A stretch of DNA of 64,000 nucleotides from an uncultured bacterium (lineage in GTDB: Bacteria > Omnitrophota > Omnitrophia > Omnitrophales > Aquincolibacteriaceae): positions 1,813 through 65,812 of the forward strand of contig CAYPIR010000011.1 in NCBI GenBank assembly GCA_964410905.1, given 5' to 3'. The notes beneath the pieces were generated by a model. That model was not told the origin of the DNA, ran no database searches, and saw only the letters and a list, made by a program, of their open reading frames with translations. A program made the translations under genes and the position numbers. Positions 57,601-64,000 of the stretch are shown piece after piece. The first letter of the stretch is position 1; each line of letters starts with the position of its first letter.

Positions 57601-60600
57601 GGAGTCCGCGCGTTTTATGAAAACGGAGAGATGAAATTCATAAAAACTTCCACGGCGGAATTGAACGATTTAGAGTTTTCTTCTGAAGGAGAACTTTTGA
57701 GCGCTCGCGTTACGCTTTCTGACGGACGCGAATTCGATTTGGATAAGGAGGGAGTTCAAACTCTTTATCTTGATAACGGGGCGACGGTTTTTGTTAAAGA
57801 CGGAAGGACCATAGCGATTGAAACACCACAAAATGGCAGAATTAATCTTACGTATAGGCTGGACGCGCTTGGGCGAATGTTCGGCGTTGATGTTTCGTTT
57901 TTTGAAACAGTTCAAGGTGAAGAAATTTTGAGAGAAATGGATTTGTTTGATTATCTTAATTTGGCGGGAAGAGAAATCGAACGAAACATAATTTTTGACG
58001 AAGCGGTTTGCGTTTTGGATTCTGCCATTGCCGGAGGTTTTAGCGTTGGTCAGCTTAAGCAAGGAGAAATTACCACGGCCGTGAAAAATTCTAGCTCAAA
58101 TGAAGTTGCTTACACTTATAGGTACGCGGAGGCAAGCGGAACAACCTTGGGAGCGGTTGTTAAGCCTACCAGAGAAAATACTCGTTTTGAAGATTATGAT
58201 TTTTTCACATTAAACGTTAGAGAAAATCCAAATTTTTTAGGTGCGGATAACTTTTACCTAAAACTTAAAACCACGAATATGCAGACGCGGTTTTCTGGAG
58301 ATATTCAGGGCGTTAGTGTTGATGAAAAACTTTTTGGATTTTCTTTGCAAGGGATAACGGGCGATTTTGGAGAAATGACATTAGAAGTCATACGCGATGA
58401 AAACTTTATTGGACAAACGCAAGGCGTTTATTTAAACGATATTAAGTTTCTTAATTTGAGGAAATTTGATGAAATTCTCGAAATGCAAATTGGGGCGGAC
58501 GCGGAAATTTTTCAAAGGCTTAAAACGAAAGGAGATAAACTTGTTTTCATAGGAGAAAAAATAGCGGCGTATTCGCCATTTGTGCTTGATGGTGCGGTTG
58601 AGTTTTTAAATATGCCGACTCAAATGACTTACAAAGGAACGAAAGCGGATTTGGGACGCGTGGAAGCGTTTGAGCGTTTCGATGGAAGCAGAGTAGAGCT
58701 AAATGAACAAAATGAAGTTTCCCGCGTAATTCTCTCGGATGGAAGCGTTCATGAATTTGAAGTGTCGGGAAATTTTACCGTAGGACATATTTCCGGCATT
58801 GACCAAGCGGCCGGTACAACTAATGAACTTAGCTATAGATACGGAATGCTAAAAAAAATTATTAGCGCGGACGGGAGGGAAATTAATTTGTCGTATGAAT
58901 ACGACTCGGACGGAAAAAAGATAACAGTTTTTACGGACGCGGCGAGCGGCGAGGAGCAAAAGTTTAAAGACGGAAAAATCATATCAACCGATGCCTCAAC
59001 GGATTTGAAAACGCAATATGAGTATGTTAACGGAGTTTTGAGCGGCGCGCGGCTTACTTATAACGGAAGAACGCTTAGTGAGACTCAATATGAATTTGCC
59101 GGTGATGAAACGCGGATTACGGACGAAGAAGGAACAATATGGTTTTATGACGCGGCGGGAGAACTCACAAAACATATTACGACAGGCGGGTTTTTGTATG
59201 AATATTCTGGGCATACGCAAGAAGCCGAAGACGGCGGTGAAATCTCTGATGACTATAAGAAGGAACTTTATGAGAGTGAAAATCTTCGGGAAGTTAGGCT
59301 TAACGGATATGAAGCAAAAGACGGTTCGTGGATTAAATATGATTTTTCAAATGGCGCGGAAATACGTCTCGCTTCAGGCATTCAAGCGTTCAATGTGGAA
59401 TTTGACAGTGAACAAAAAATGAAAAGCGGTCAGCTGCTTTTCCCCGATGAAATGATTCTTGAAATAGAAAATTATGTTCCTGTCCGCGGCAGACTCCCAA
59501 GCGGAGAGATTTTTGATTGTGAAATTCCGCTGGGTGAGTCGTATGAATTAATTCAAGACGAGAAGGGAAACTATGATGGATTTTCTATCGCCCAAGACGG
59601 CATTAAATGGACTTATAACGCATTTGGAGAATTGATTAAGACGGAATCTGAAGACGGCGAGACTAATACTTTTACTTATGTCCGAAACGCCTCAGGCGAA
59701 ATTACGGATGTTATTAGGAAAGAACGCAAGCAAGCGGACTTTAACGGCGTGCCGTTTCCTAAGGAAATAATTTTAGAAACGACCGGCGGGCAGAGGCTTT
59801 TTGACACGGGTGAATTGGCGGCATCGCACGATGGAGATGGTTTTTTAGCCGCGATTTATAAGGAAGCGACAAATCAATGGGAAGTTTATACGGGAACATT
59901 TAACTCTGAGGCGAACCGCGCTGGACTTAATTATTTTTTATCAAGCATAAAGACGGGCGAGTATTTTGTAATGGCGGTGTCTGACCCGAATTTTTATAAG
60001 GCAGATGAGGAGACAAAAAGTTTACTGGAGGGTTTGGGCGCGGGAAATGTCCGCGAAATCGCTTCGCAAAATATGTCTTGGAGTTTTATAGGCAACGAAA
60101 GTTTGTCTATTGGTGAAGGCATAGAATCCGTAAAAAAACTTTCTAGCACTTACGAAACCACGGTTACTGAGAAAATCATAACTAGCCAAAAGTTTTTGTT
60201 TTATAAAAAAACTACATATAAATATGTAACTTACACAAAGCAAGTTCCCGCTGAATTTCTTGAAGCGGATGAATTGTCCACGATTACCGAAAGTATTCAC
60301 GAGGAATTAATAGATGTGGAAGCAAAATCCAGTTGGGAAGGCGGACAAATGTTTTTAAATATGCTTTCCGCGGTTCATCGAGCCTATTCCGATTTTCTTA
60401 TTCAAAGCGAAAGTTTAAAGATAGCAAGCGACTTGCAAATTCTTGTTGTTTATAACGAAAAAAATGAAATGGTTTTTTCCCGCCGCATGGACGGGATAAG
60501 TTCTTTTTATGAAAATGGAAATGTCCGCGAAACTTTTTCCGCAGAAGGCGAGCTTTTAAGCGTTCACGAATATGAACAAAACTCGGACGGCGAATGGATT

Positions 60601-63600
60601 GTGAGCAAAATTACGCTTGTAAAAGTCAGACAAGATTTTGAAGAAGAGTCCGCGAGACTTCTCAATCAAATAGAACAGGCAAAATATGACGCGCTTCTTC
60701 AACTGGTTTGGCAGGACGATGTCGCCAGACTTGAAATAAATGAAAATGTTACGGCGGGGCTTGCGGCGTATGACGCGCATATCGCGTATTTAAACAGTCA
60801 ACTATTTAGAACGGTAAAACAATGCAAAAAAATAGTTTTTGTTACGCATTGTGAAAAGCATACCTATGAAGTCCCAGGCGTTCGAGAAATGATTTATACC
60901 GCGCAAAACGAACGAAGAAATTTGCTCGTAACGGGCGAGGAAGAACTCGCGAAAATTCCCGGCGCGATTGCTGACAAAAAAATAGAAATTGAGCAGGCAA
61001 CGCTTGAGAAAATCACGGAGCTTGAGACGCAAAAACAAGAATTTCTTTTAGATATTTTGCGCAAGGAAATGGAACCCGTAATCACGGATATTTATCGCCG
61101 CGTTTTAGGACGCGATGTTTCTAAAGAAGAATTTGAAGAATGGATTTTGCGTTATAAAGAAACGGGGGCAGTAAATGTGGAGGAAGTTTATCAAACTCTG
61201 AATGATTCTGATGAAAAGATAGTTAAGCAAAATCAAAAAAATATGATTATCCGCTCGGTCCGTGATTTCTTGGAAGATTATCTCGAGGCTGACGCGGCGG
61301 AACGTGAAACTCTTTTGGAAGAATTGAATCTTACAAAAGATGAGACGGTTGCGCTTGATAGCGAAGAAGTAGATTTGATTTTGGGATGGCTTAATACGCG
61401 TGATTTGCACTTTGGACAATCGGCGTTTTTATCATTACAGGAAATGCTGGCCTCGGAAGGTGTGGAAACATCGCTTGAAACGCTTGGAATACAGACAATC
61501 CTTATTGATATTTTGACAGGCGTTATTCACAGATTTTCCGCGGGCGAGCTTGTCATTTCAATGTTCGCGCTTGAGCGGACCGCGCAAATTTACGCTAAAC
61601 AATTCGCTGTCGTCCGCTATGACTTTCAAGACCTTTTGGATTTGTATAAAGAAGCTTGTCCGGATCAAGAAACGGAATGCGGATTTCGTGTTATCGCCCA
61701 TATTGCCGGCGATCACTTTGTTGTGATTAAACGCGTAACGGAAACCGAAGTTGTAATGGTTGAAACAAACAAGGGCGAGGACGGAGAAGTGTCTATCGCG
61801 CGACGTGATGAGTTTATGAAACGCTGGTTAGACGGCGAAGGCTCGGGACATTTGCTTGTGTCCGATTCAAAGGCCGTTCAGACAAAAAAATTAACAAATG
61901 AGCAATCAAGAAAAATACGCGGAGCGTTTTTCCCTCTTATTATTGTATGGGCGTTTTGGGCATCGGTAGCGCTTAGCGTCGCGAGCGTGATTGTCGCGCC
62001 ATTTAGTCCAACGTTTGGAAAAATATTAGGTTATGCCGCGCTTGTCGCAAGCGTTATCAGCATTGTTGCAAGCGTGGGGAATTTTATAGTTCAAGGCGTA
62101 AAATCAATATTTACTCAAATCGCGGCTAACGGAATCATTTCTACCCTTAAGGCTGGGATTTCGCAAATAGGAGGCATTATTGTTTCAGGCGTTAAAGCGG
62201 TCGGGCGATTTTTTTCTAACGCGTGGACATTTACAAAAGATGCTTTTACGGGCGGACTTAAGGCTCTCGGCTCCGGGTTAATGAAAATCAAAAATTATGC
62301 GGCGGCAAATGTAGGAGGACTTGCCACCAAAGAAGGCTTGTTGAAGGCAATATCCAATAATTTAGTTTTGGCGTCAATCAATTGGAATGTTTCAAACGGC
62401 TTAGAGATTTTAGGCTTAGATTCACGACTGACTAGAATTATTTCTAGCGCTGTCGGCGCTGCTTATGGCGGCGCTATGGGAGTTGGCTTAAGCGTAAATA
62501 CGACGCAAGAGGCGATGGCGGAATTTTGGAAGTCGGGCATATCGGCGTTCGCGCTGCAGGGCGTAAACGAAATCTCGCGGCATTTAGATTTGCCGCCTCC
62601 GCTTCTGTCTATAGTAGAAACCGTGGGCAGTGTCACGTTGGAATTTTTTAACACGGAATTAACTTTAGACGAAGGCTTTAAAAAAATATTACCAGACGTC
62701 GTGAATGGTGCAACCGCCTGGGGCATAGACTTCTTAGGAGAATCTCTCGAACTTGATTCTCGCATTACAAAACTTCTTGGGCTTTCTGTTACATCGCTTG
62801 CAGGCGGGCTTGTGGCGGATTATCTAAATCCGAAACGGGATATATCGTTTGACTTAGATTCGATTTGGGAGCGCGTAAAAGACGCATTTCTTTCAAAAGA
62901 AAGTCTCGGCGGGACGCTTTCCATCTCGGCTGAAGTCGTTATTGATAAATTTGAGCTTGATGAGTCTTTGTGGAAGTCGGGAGTTGCCCGCATTGTGGCG
63001 GGAATGTTTAATGATTTTTTAAGCGATACGCCGGCGAAATTTGACTTTATAAAAAGCATTGGCAAATCTGTGGACGAATCCATTGATGACTTTTTGAACA
63101 AAGACAACCTGGTCAATCTTTTAGAAGCAATAGATAAATTGGGATTTTCCGAGGGAATAGAAAAATACGCGACATTTCTATTTACACAAGGAGCTTTGCA
63201 GGAAATGACCAAGGGCGGTGAAACTATAGCGTATTTAATTGAGCATGGAATTTTCCGCAACGCGAGTTTCTGGATTGACGGCAAATTGAAAAATGTGTTG
63301 ATGGTGGAAGCTAATGGAAAAACTGTAATGATTACTTATGAAGCTCATGGAGATAAAAAAACCATAACGGGAATTTATGAAGAAAATGAAGACGGTTCGT
63401 ATCAGTATGTTTCTTGGGAAGTAGATGAAAATGGAGAAATTACGAATATTAAGGTCATTAAAAAGGACAGTTCCGGCGGAATAAAAACCGAAGAAGATTT
63501 AAAAACAGGAAATTTCAAAATTACTTTCGAGGATTTTAACGGTAATGAATATGGCGAAATTTTCTATGATAAAGAATCGGGCAAAATTGGATTTTCAAAT

Positions 63601-64000
63601 CAGGACGCGGGAATTACTTCGAGTCTTAACGCCGGCGGGAAAATCGAAATCGATTTTGCTATTCTGCCGGACATGGAGGACATAAAAGGATTTCTTGAAA
63701 ACTACAATCAAAATATGACCAAAGATTCCGCCGCTCAAATTGTGGCATTTTCTGTCGGGCAAGGATTTTGGAATTCGCTTGGAAGTTATGACCAAGTTTC
63801 GGATTTGATGTCGCATTTTAGGCAAGCGGTTAAAGAAGATAAAATAAAATTTGGGGCGGCGGGAATTGTTTTGTTTGATGAAAATGGAAATATCGCTTAT
63901 GACAAAAACGGTGAAGTTTTGACTACGGCCGCGCTTCCTGTAACGCTTTATGAGGAGACAACTCTTTTCGGGAATTCTATAAGATGGATCGCGGAAACTT
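51607..64000 (+). CDS. Giant secreted multidomain protein (>4130 aa, 3' end beyond window): signal peptide, parallel beta-helix, YD-repeat block 1, (alpha/alpha)6 glucoamylase-like domain, YD-repeat block 2, C39-like peptidase-like module, glycine-zipper TM segment
   Basis: ATG 51607 sits 7 nt after GAGAGGAG. Frame 1 stays open to the window end: no stop seen on manual codon reading, and the ORF track lists no frame-1 ORFs after 51093. Signal peptide MKKTFLFIRLIAGLTALIFS. PbH1-like repeats (NGVSIKGEDANATILNGEN..ITVTGG..IRNSIFSDNKDYGIF..IEGNIFINTHIGV.., ~51920-52460). YD repeats (FYDENGEAVWIKRADNSEWFYQNGRPYIYQD; SYRYGMLKKIISADGREINLSYEYDSDGKKITVF; FYDAAGELTK). Alpha-helical domain at ~55150-56350 (GFWAEILAAIARGDF, YDGGAFQMFWPLIHVDE, AAFGAAPHYTLQFLKN). 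C39-like block ..QEML.SEG.. to ECGFRVIAHIAGDHFVVIKRV (~61400-61880). Hydrophobic glycine-zipper helices (FFPLIIVWAFWASVALSVASVIVAP, GAAYGGAMGVGLSV; ~61905-62560). Confidence 0.8.
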   Translation, partial: MKKTFLFIRLIAGLTALIFSSEQIILANGSLPSSVYTISSKSPTVDSTQELSATFNSQINDATTDFFVTQNSPLSMSDTPQNVYGENGELRTESLINSKTIHHVYQGESIQNAIEGAKAGDTIFIHVGIYKENLELKNGVSIKGEDANATILNGENKTGTQIIRALGNNRIEDITVTGGGAYSGTPSSAIKVDGDKVQIRNSIFSDNKDYGIFAAFDGHLLIEGNIFINTHIGVQLPKDKTQIRYNTFYECDIGVNVLNGTTPEIANNIFYGSKNSSIYEFNWASYAKGEASRGFLTAINNTFWANKEKPSAYGSAMPFMVEQQAEGNIKENPQFFDASNGDFRNLERERGAILPEALKRALTRASLFSYEVKIENILDEGAVTGYKTLYNDGSIEKFYNDGRDILDTTPPEINIADEIWTNQTSGEITYEVDGVLRTLAFEFFGETASITIEETDILGNKAAKTILLKQDLILPTGTLQIENFVGKANTREAVITVNAQDNAALKDLRFSADGGITWTEWTSCGVKKGLDINIDTTEILCQLRDRAGNITTLSANILKGDFASTINFISSNITNDENYILRYTIDGELHEEHWKLNSGENRLIVSIAQGGLAEYADFVVTLNAPSDSFKDIPQPLGTIPNDLISYTAEDGSLVSYSQGKLFSIEMTGDYCFYSPEFDDDGELVNGIVEFANGSRICYENGNVIRRIDSDGAKSIYDGDNHIVKKISENGEEVSFAYRFDEAENVSGILSTSNGASNFYDENGEAVWIKRADNSEWFYQNGRPYIYQDSFGNKYKYETAVSRDGMDITGFKTSLTYVLPSGQETWILYSDVAASYDEFAEIKNVFNAGLPKEITYESGGEVKEIVSTSGALVNLENGMLTGVDAGGNQTYTFDVDRLGNNENYFVVTQDGGDFSQKFNERGELIEIQMAGGESLKIKELKLDQIIFENGEFLSDLTRDENNLIGFVYNHLDGSRDFYQDGKIIKREDADGVITRYVSDAAAAFPESVLLPDGREYILSETINLNGEIERLMTLASVSLAGGEQLQFQNGNAAWLSAVKIISLNPQDIPSLLDNQFFVPSIKLTKAELKNLTVDENGDIFSGEILFSDGTQFFIEEGKIIKQATADGHLIELENTALENTQQQKEILAEPLTAKELEFRNQIIDAQLDYFTDGIGIDAATGLPVDSFAISAGEQSTYSQSTLVGFWAEILAAIARGDFPTQKLSQDEAFSKLNQLLQTYKEAQRDAGWKGILSFFSRGTATKEILDEETNEPTGEIITTYYWKNEFDQAGLGDALNLAMSLASVIGAFGNFDVAPEFNNQKDQILSTAREILLAQEEGFSAFYDAENDRFYGSVKLNQATGKWEFENYVMDRVFNEFRSGLIYLATKYPQYASSVKKLEVARSEYELQNGEKINIALTYDGGAFQMFWPLIHVDETKYPQFDVAIKNFLYAQADFAAHENIAGLLSAGANALSEYESKSGVQNTAETDERLFSDAGSLYGTAAAFGAAPHYTLQFLKNLIEQFPEIMTSAGFVDSIGFKTVLNEDEQTGEIFETTETVFSDSFFGVNQAAFLLSLLKIGQTYFSNYLKNEGLETEFDTLYQSFKWDLSPVTESNSTPPFGTEPADLLYQGDSEFPDGKLSGLVKQPSFIASIQDTDLGKGKVYNYLTNDGSFHHSEIEFGSDKNILKMNLQEYFLSPSHSGVATSILDGIDLNILDSSIQKGVFYTPGNGAAGLVVANDSKIGAVTRMPFDFKNVEYPVGIWANFNERDFSGYDFFSVPVRVDSANAGKVRLKFEFKGMGEIFISDFLDTDWNYLSLPIPKSFSNLSQLAISIQTLDGEAASGDVLLGPISAIKIRTSNDINWQVLLGKTESEIKNLVLRALVENKEPETQIEARDILRNFSLDDNGRVVNGILELATGDKQYFQNGRLVKWIFADGKTILFENGLASFILDLSRGKLETGRFYYERNFKGDIQSFVLRDNDSERVFSLSGEMVSYFREGVRAFYENGEMKFIKTSTAELNDLEFSSEGELLSARVTLSDGREFDLDKEGVQTLYLDNGATVFVKDGRTIAIETPQNGRINLTYRLDALGRMFGVDVSFFETVQGEEILREMDLFDYLNLAGREIERNIIFDEAVCVLDSAIAGGFSVGQLKQGEITTAVKNSSSNEVAYTYRYAEASGTTLGAVVKPTRENTRFEDYDFFTLNVRENPNFLGADNFYLKLKTTNMQTRFSGDIQGVSVDEKLFGFSLQGITGDFGEMTLEVIRDENFIGQTQGVYLNDIKFLNLRKFDEILEMQIGADAEIFQRLKTKGDKLVFIGEKIAAYSPFVLDGAVEFLNMPTQMTYKGTKADLGRVEAFERFDGSRVELNEQNEVSRVILSDGSVHEFEVSGNFTVGHISGIDQAAGTTNELSYRYGMLKKIISADGREINLSYEYDSDGKKITVFTDAASGEEQKFKDGKIISTDASTDLKTQYEYVNGVLSGARLTYNGRTLSETQYEFAGDETRITDEEGTIWFYDAAGELTKHITTGGFLYEYSGHTQEAEDGGEISDDYKKELYESENLREVRLNGYEAKDGSWIKYDFSNGAEIRLASGIQAFNVEFDSEQKMKSGQLLFPDEMILEIENYVPVRGRLPSGEIFDCEIPLGESYELIQDEKGNYDGFSIAQDGIKWTYNAFGELIKTESEDGETNTFTYVRNASGEITDVIRKERKQADFNGVPFPKEIILETTGGQRLFDTGELAASHDGDGFLAAIYKEATNQWEVYTGTFNSEANRAGLNYFLSSIKTGEYFVMAVSDPNFYKADEETKSLLEGLGAGNVREIASQNMSWSFIGNESLSIGEGIESVKKLSSTYETTVTEKIITSQKFLFYKKTTYKYVTYTKQVPAEFLEADELSTITESIHEELIDVEAKSSWEGGQMFLNMLSAVHRAYSDFLIQSESLKIASDLQILVVYNEKNEMVFSRRMDGISSFYENGNVRETFSAEGELLSVHEYEQNSDGEWIVSKITLVKVRQDFEEESARLLNQIEQAKYDALLQLVWQDDVARLEINENVTAGLAAYDAHIAYLNSQLFRTVKQCKKIVFVTHCEKHTYEVPGVREMIYTAQNERRNLLVTGEEELAKIPGAIADKKIEIEQATLEKITELETQKQEFLLDILRKEMEPVITDIYRRVLGRDVSKEEFEEWILRYKETGAVNVEEVYQTLNDSDEKIVKQNQKNMIIRSVRDFLEDYLEADAAERETLLEELNLTKDETVALDSEEVDLILGWLNTRDLHFGQSAFLSLQEMLASEGVETSLETLGIQTILIDILTGVIHRFSAGELVISMFALERTAQIYAKQFAVVRYDFQDLLDLYKEACPDQETECGFRVIAHIAGDHFVVIKRVTETEVVMVETNKGEDGEVSIARRDEFMKRWLDGEGSGHLLVSDSKAVQTKKLTNEQSRKIRGAFFPLIIVWAFWASVALSVASVIVAPFSPTFGKILGYAALVASVISIVASVGNFIVQGVKSIFTQIAANGIISTLKAGISQIGGIIVSGVKAVGRFFSNAWTFTKDAFTGGLKALGSGLMKIKNYAAANVGGLATKEGLLKAISNNLVLASINWNVSNGLEILGLDSRLTRIISSAVGAAYGGAMGVGLSVNTTQEAMAEFWKSGISAFALQGVNEISRHLDLPPPLLSIVETVGSVTLEFFNTELTLDEGFKKILPDVVNGATAWGIDFLGESLELDSRITKLLGLSVTSLAGGLVADYLNPKRDISFDLDSIWERVKDAFLSKESLGGTLSISAEVVIDKFELDESLWKSGVARIVAGMFNDFLSDTPAKFDFIKSIGKSVDESIDDFLNKDNLVNLLEAIDKLGFSEGIEKYATFLFTQGALQEMTKGGETIAYLIEHGIFRNASFWIDGKLKNVLMVEANGKTVMITYEAHGDKKTITGIYEENEDGSYQYVSWEVDENGEITNIKVIKKDSSGGIKTEEDLKTGNFKITFEDFNGNEYGEIFYDKESGKIGFSNQDAGITSSLNAGGKIEIDFAILPDMEDIKGFLENYNQNMTKDSAAQIVAFSVGQGFWNSLGSYDQVSDLMSHFRQAVKEDKIKFGAAGIVLFDENGNIAYDKNGEVLTTAALPVTLYEETTLFGNSIRWIAET

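Noticed and set aside
1-64000. tRNA/rRNA genes and mobile elements (IS, integrase, phage)
   Set aside because: I scanned all intergenic stretches longer than 80 nt for T-loop-like GTTCGA/GTTCAA motifs with cloverleaf potential and found none. No transposase, integrase or terminal inverted repeats flank any gene. Codon usage looks uniform across the window.

Overview
The window is a gene-dense, almost entirely plus-strand stretch of a diderm (LPS- and BamA-bearing) bacterial chromosome with moderate GC and tight operon packing, including several overlapping start/stop codons. I found no rRNA, tRNA, CRISPR array or obvious mobile element. The first ~21 kb is housekeeping: an LPS-export and regulatory-PTS cluster (lpxL-like fragment, LptC/A-like, lptB, hpf, ptsN, yvcK-like, HPr, ptsI), then metK-ahcY, an Fe-ADH, an ABC-F ATPase, an N-terminally short Rho, a homospermidine-synthase plus ornithine-decarboxylase polyamine pair, ogt, ldhA (the only minus-strand gene) and dapF-dapA-dapB. 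Positions 21.6-28.3 kb carry two translationally coupled secreted beta-barrel-type genes, the second a 1577-aa protein with a CBM4/9-like N-terminal module. These are followed by uvrA, an FtsH-like protease flanked by small secreted and lipoprotein genes, the rpsF-ssb-rpsR-rplI-dnaB cluster, and an outer-membrane biogenesis/lipid A cluster (bamA, SIMPL, skp, lpxC-fabZ fusion, lpxA, lpxI). A GAF-AAA+-HTH sigma-54 activator sits directly upstream of a palindrome-rich enhancer region with a well-spaced -24/-12 promoter driving a type III glutamine synthetase, followed by a Porin O/P-like outer-membrane protein. The most striking element is a single uninterrupted ORF from 51607 that runs off the end of the window (>4130 codons, >12.4 kb). 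It encodes a secreted giant protein with a parallel beta-helix module, two YD-repeat (Rhs/teneurin-like) blocks, an (alpha/alpha)6 glucoamylase-like domain, a C39-like peptidase-like module and a glycine-zipper membrane segment. A family of short homologous sequence blocks (small-ORF or pseudogene-like) recurs in at least four intergenic leaders and once in-frame inside a gene.
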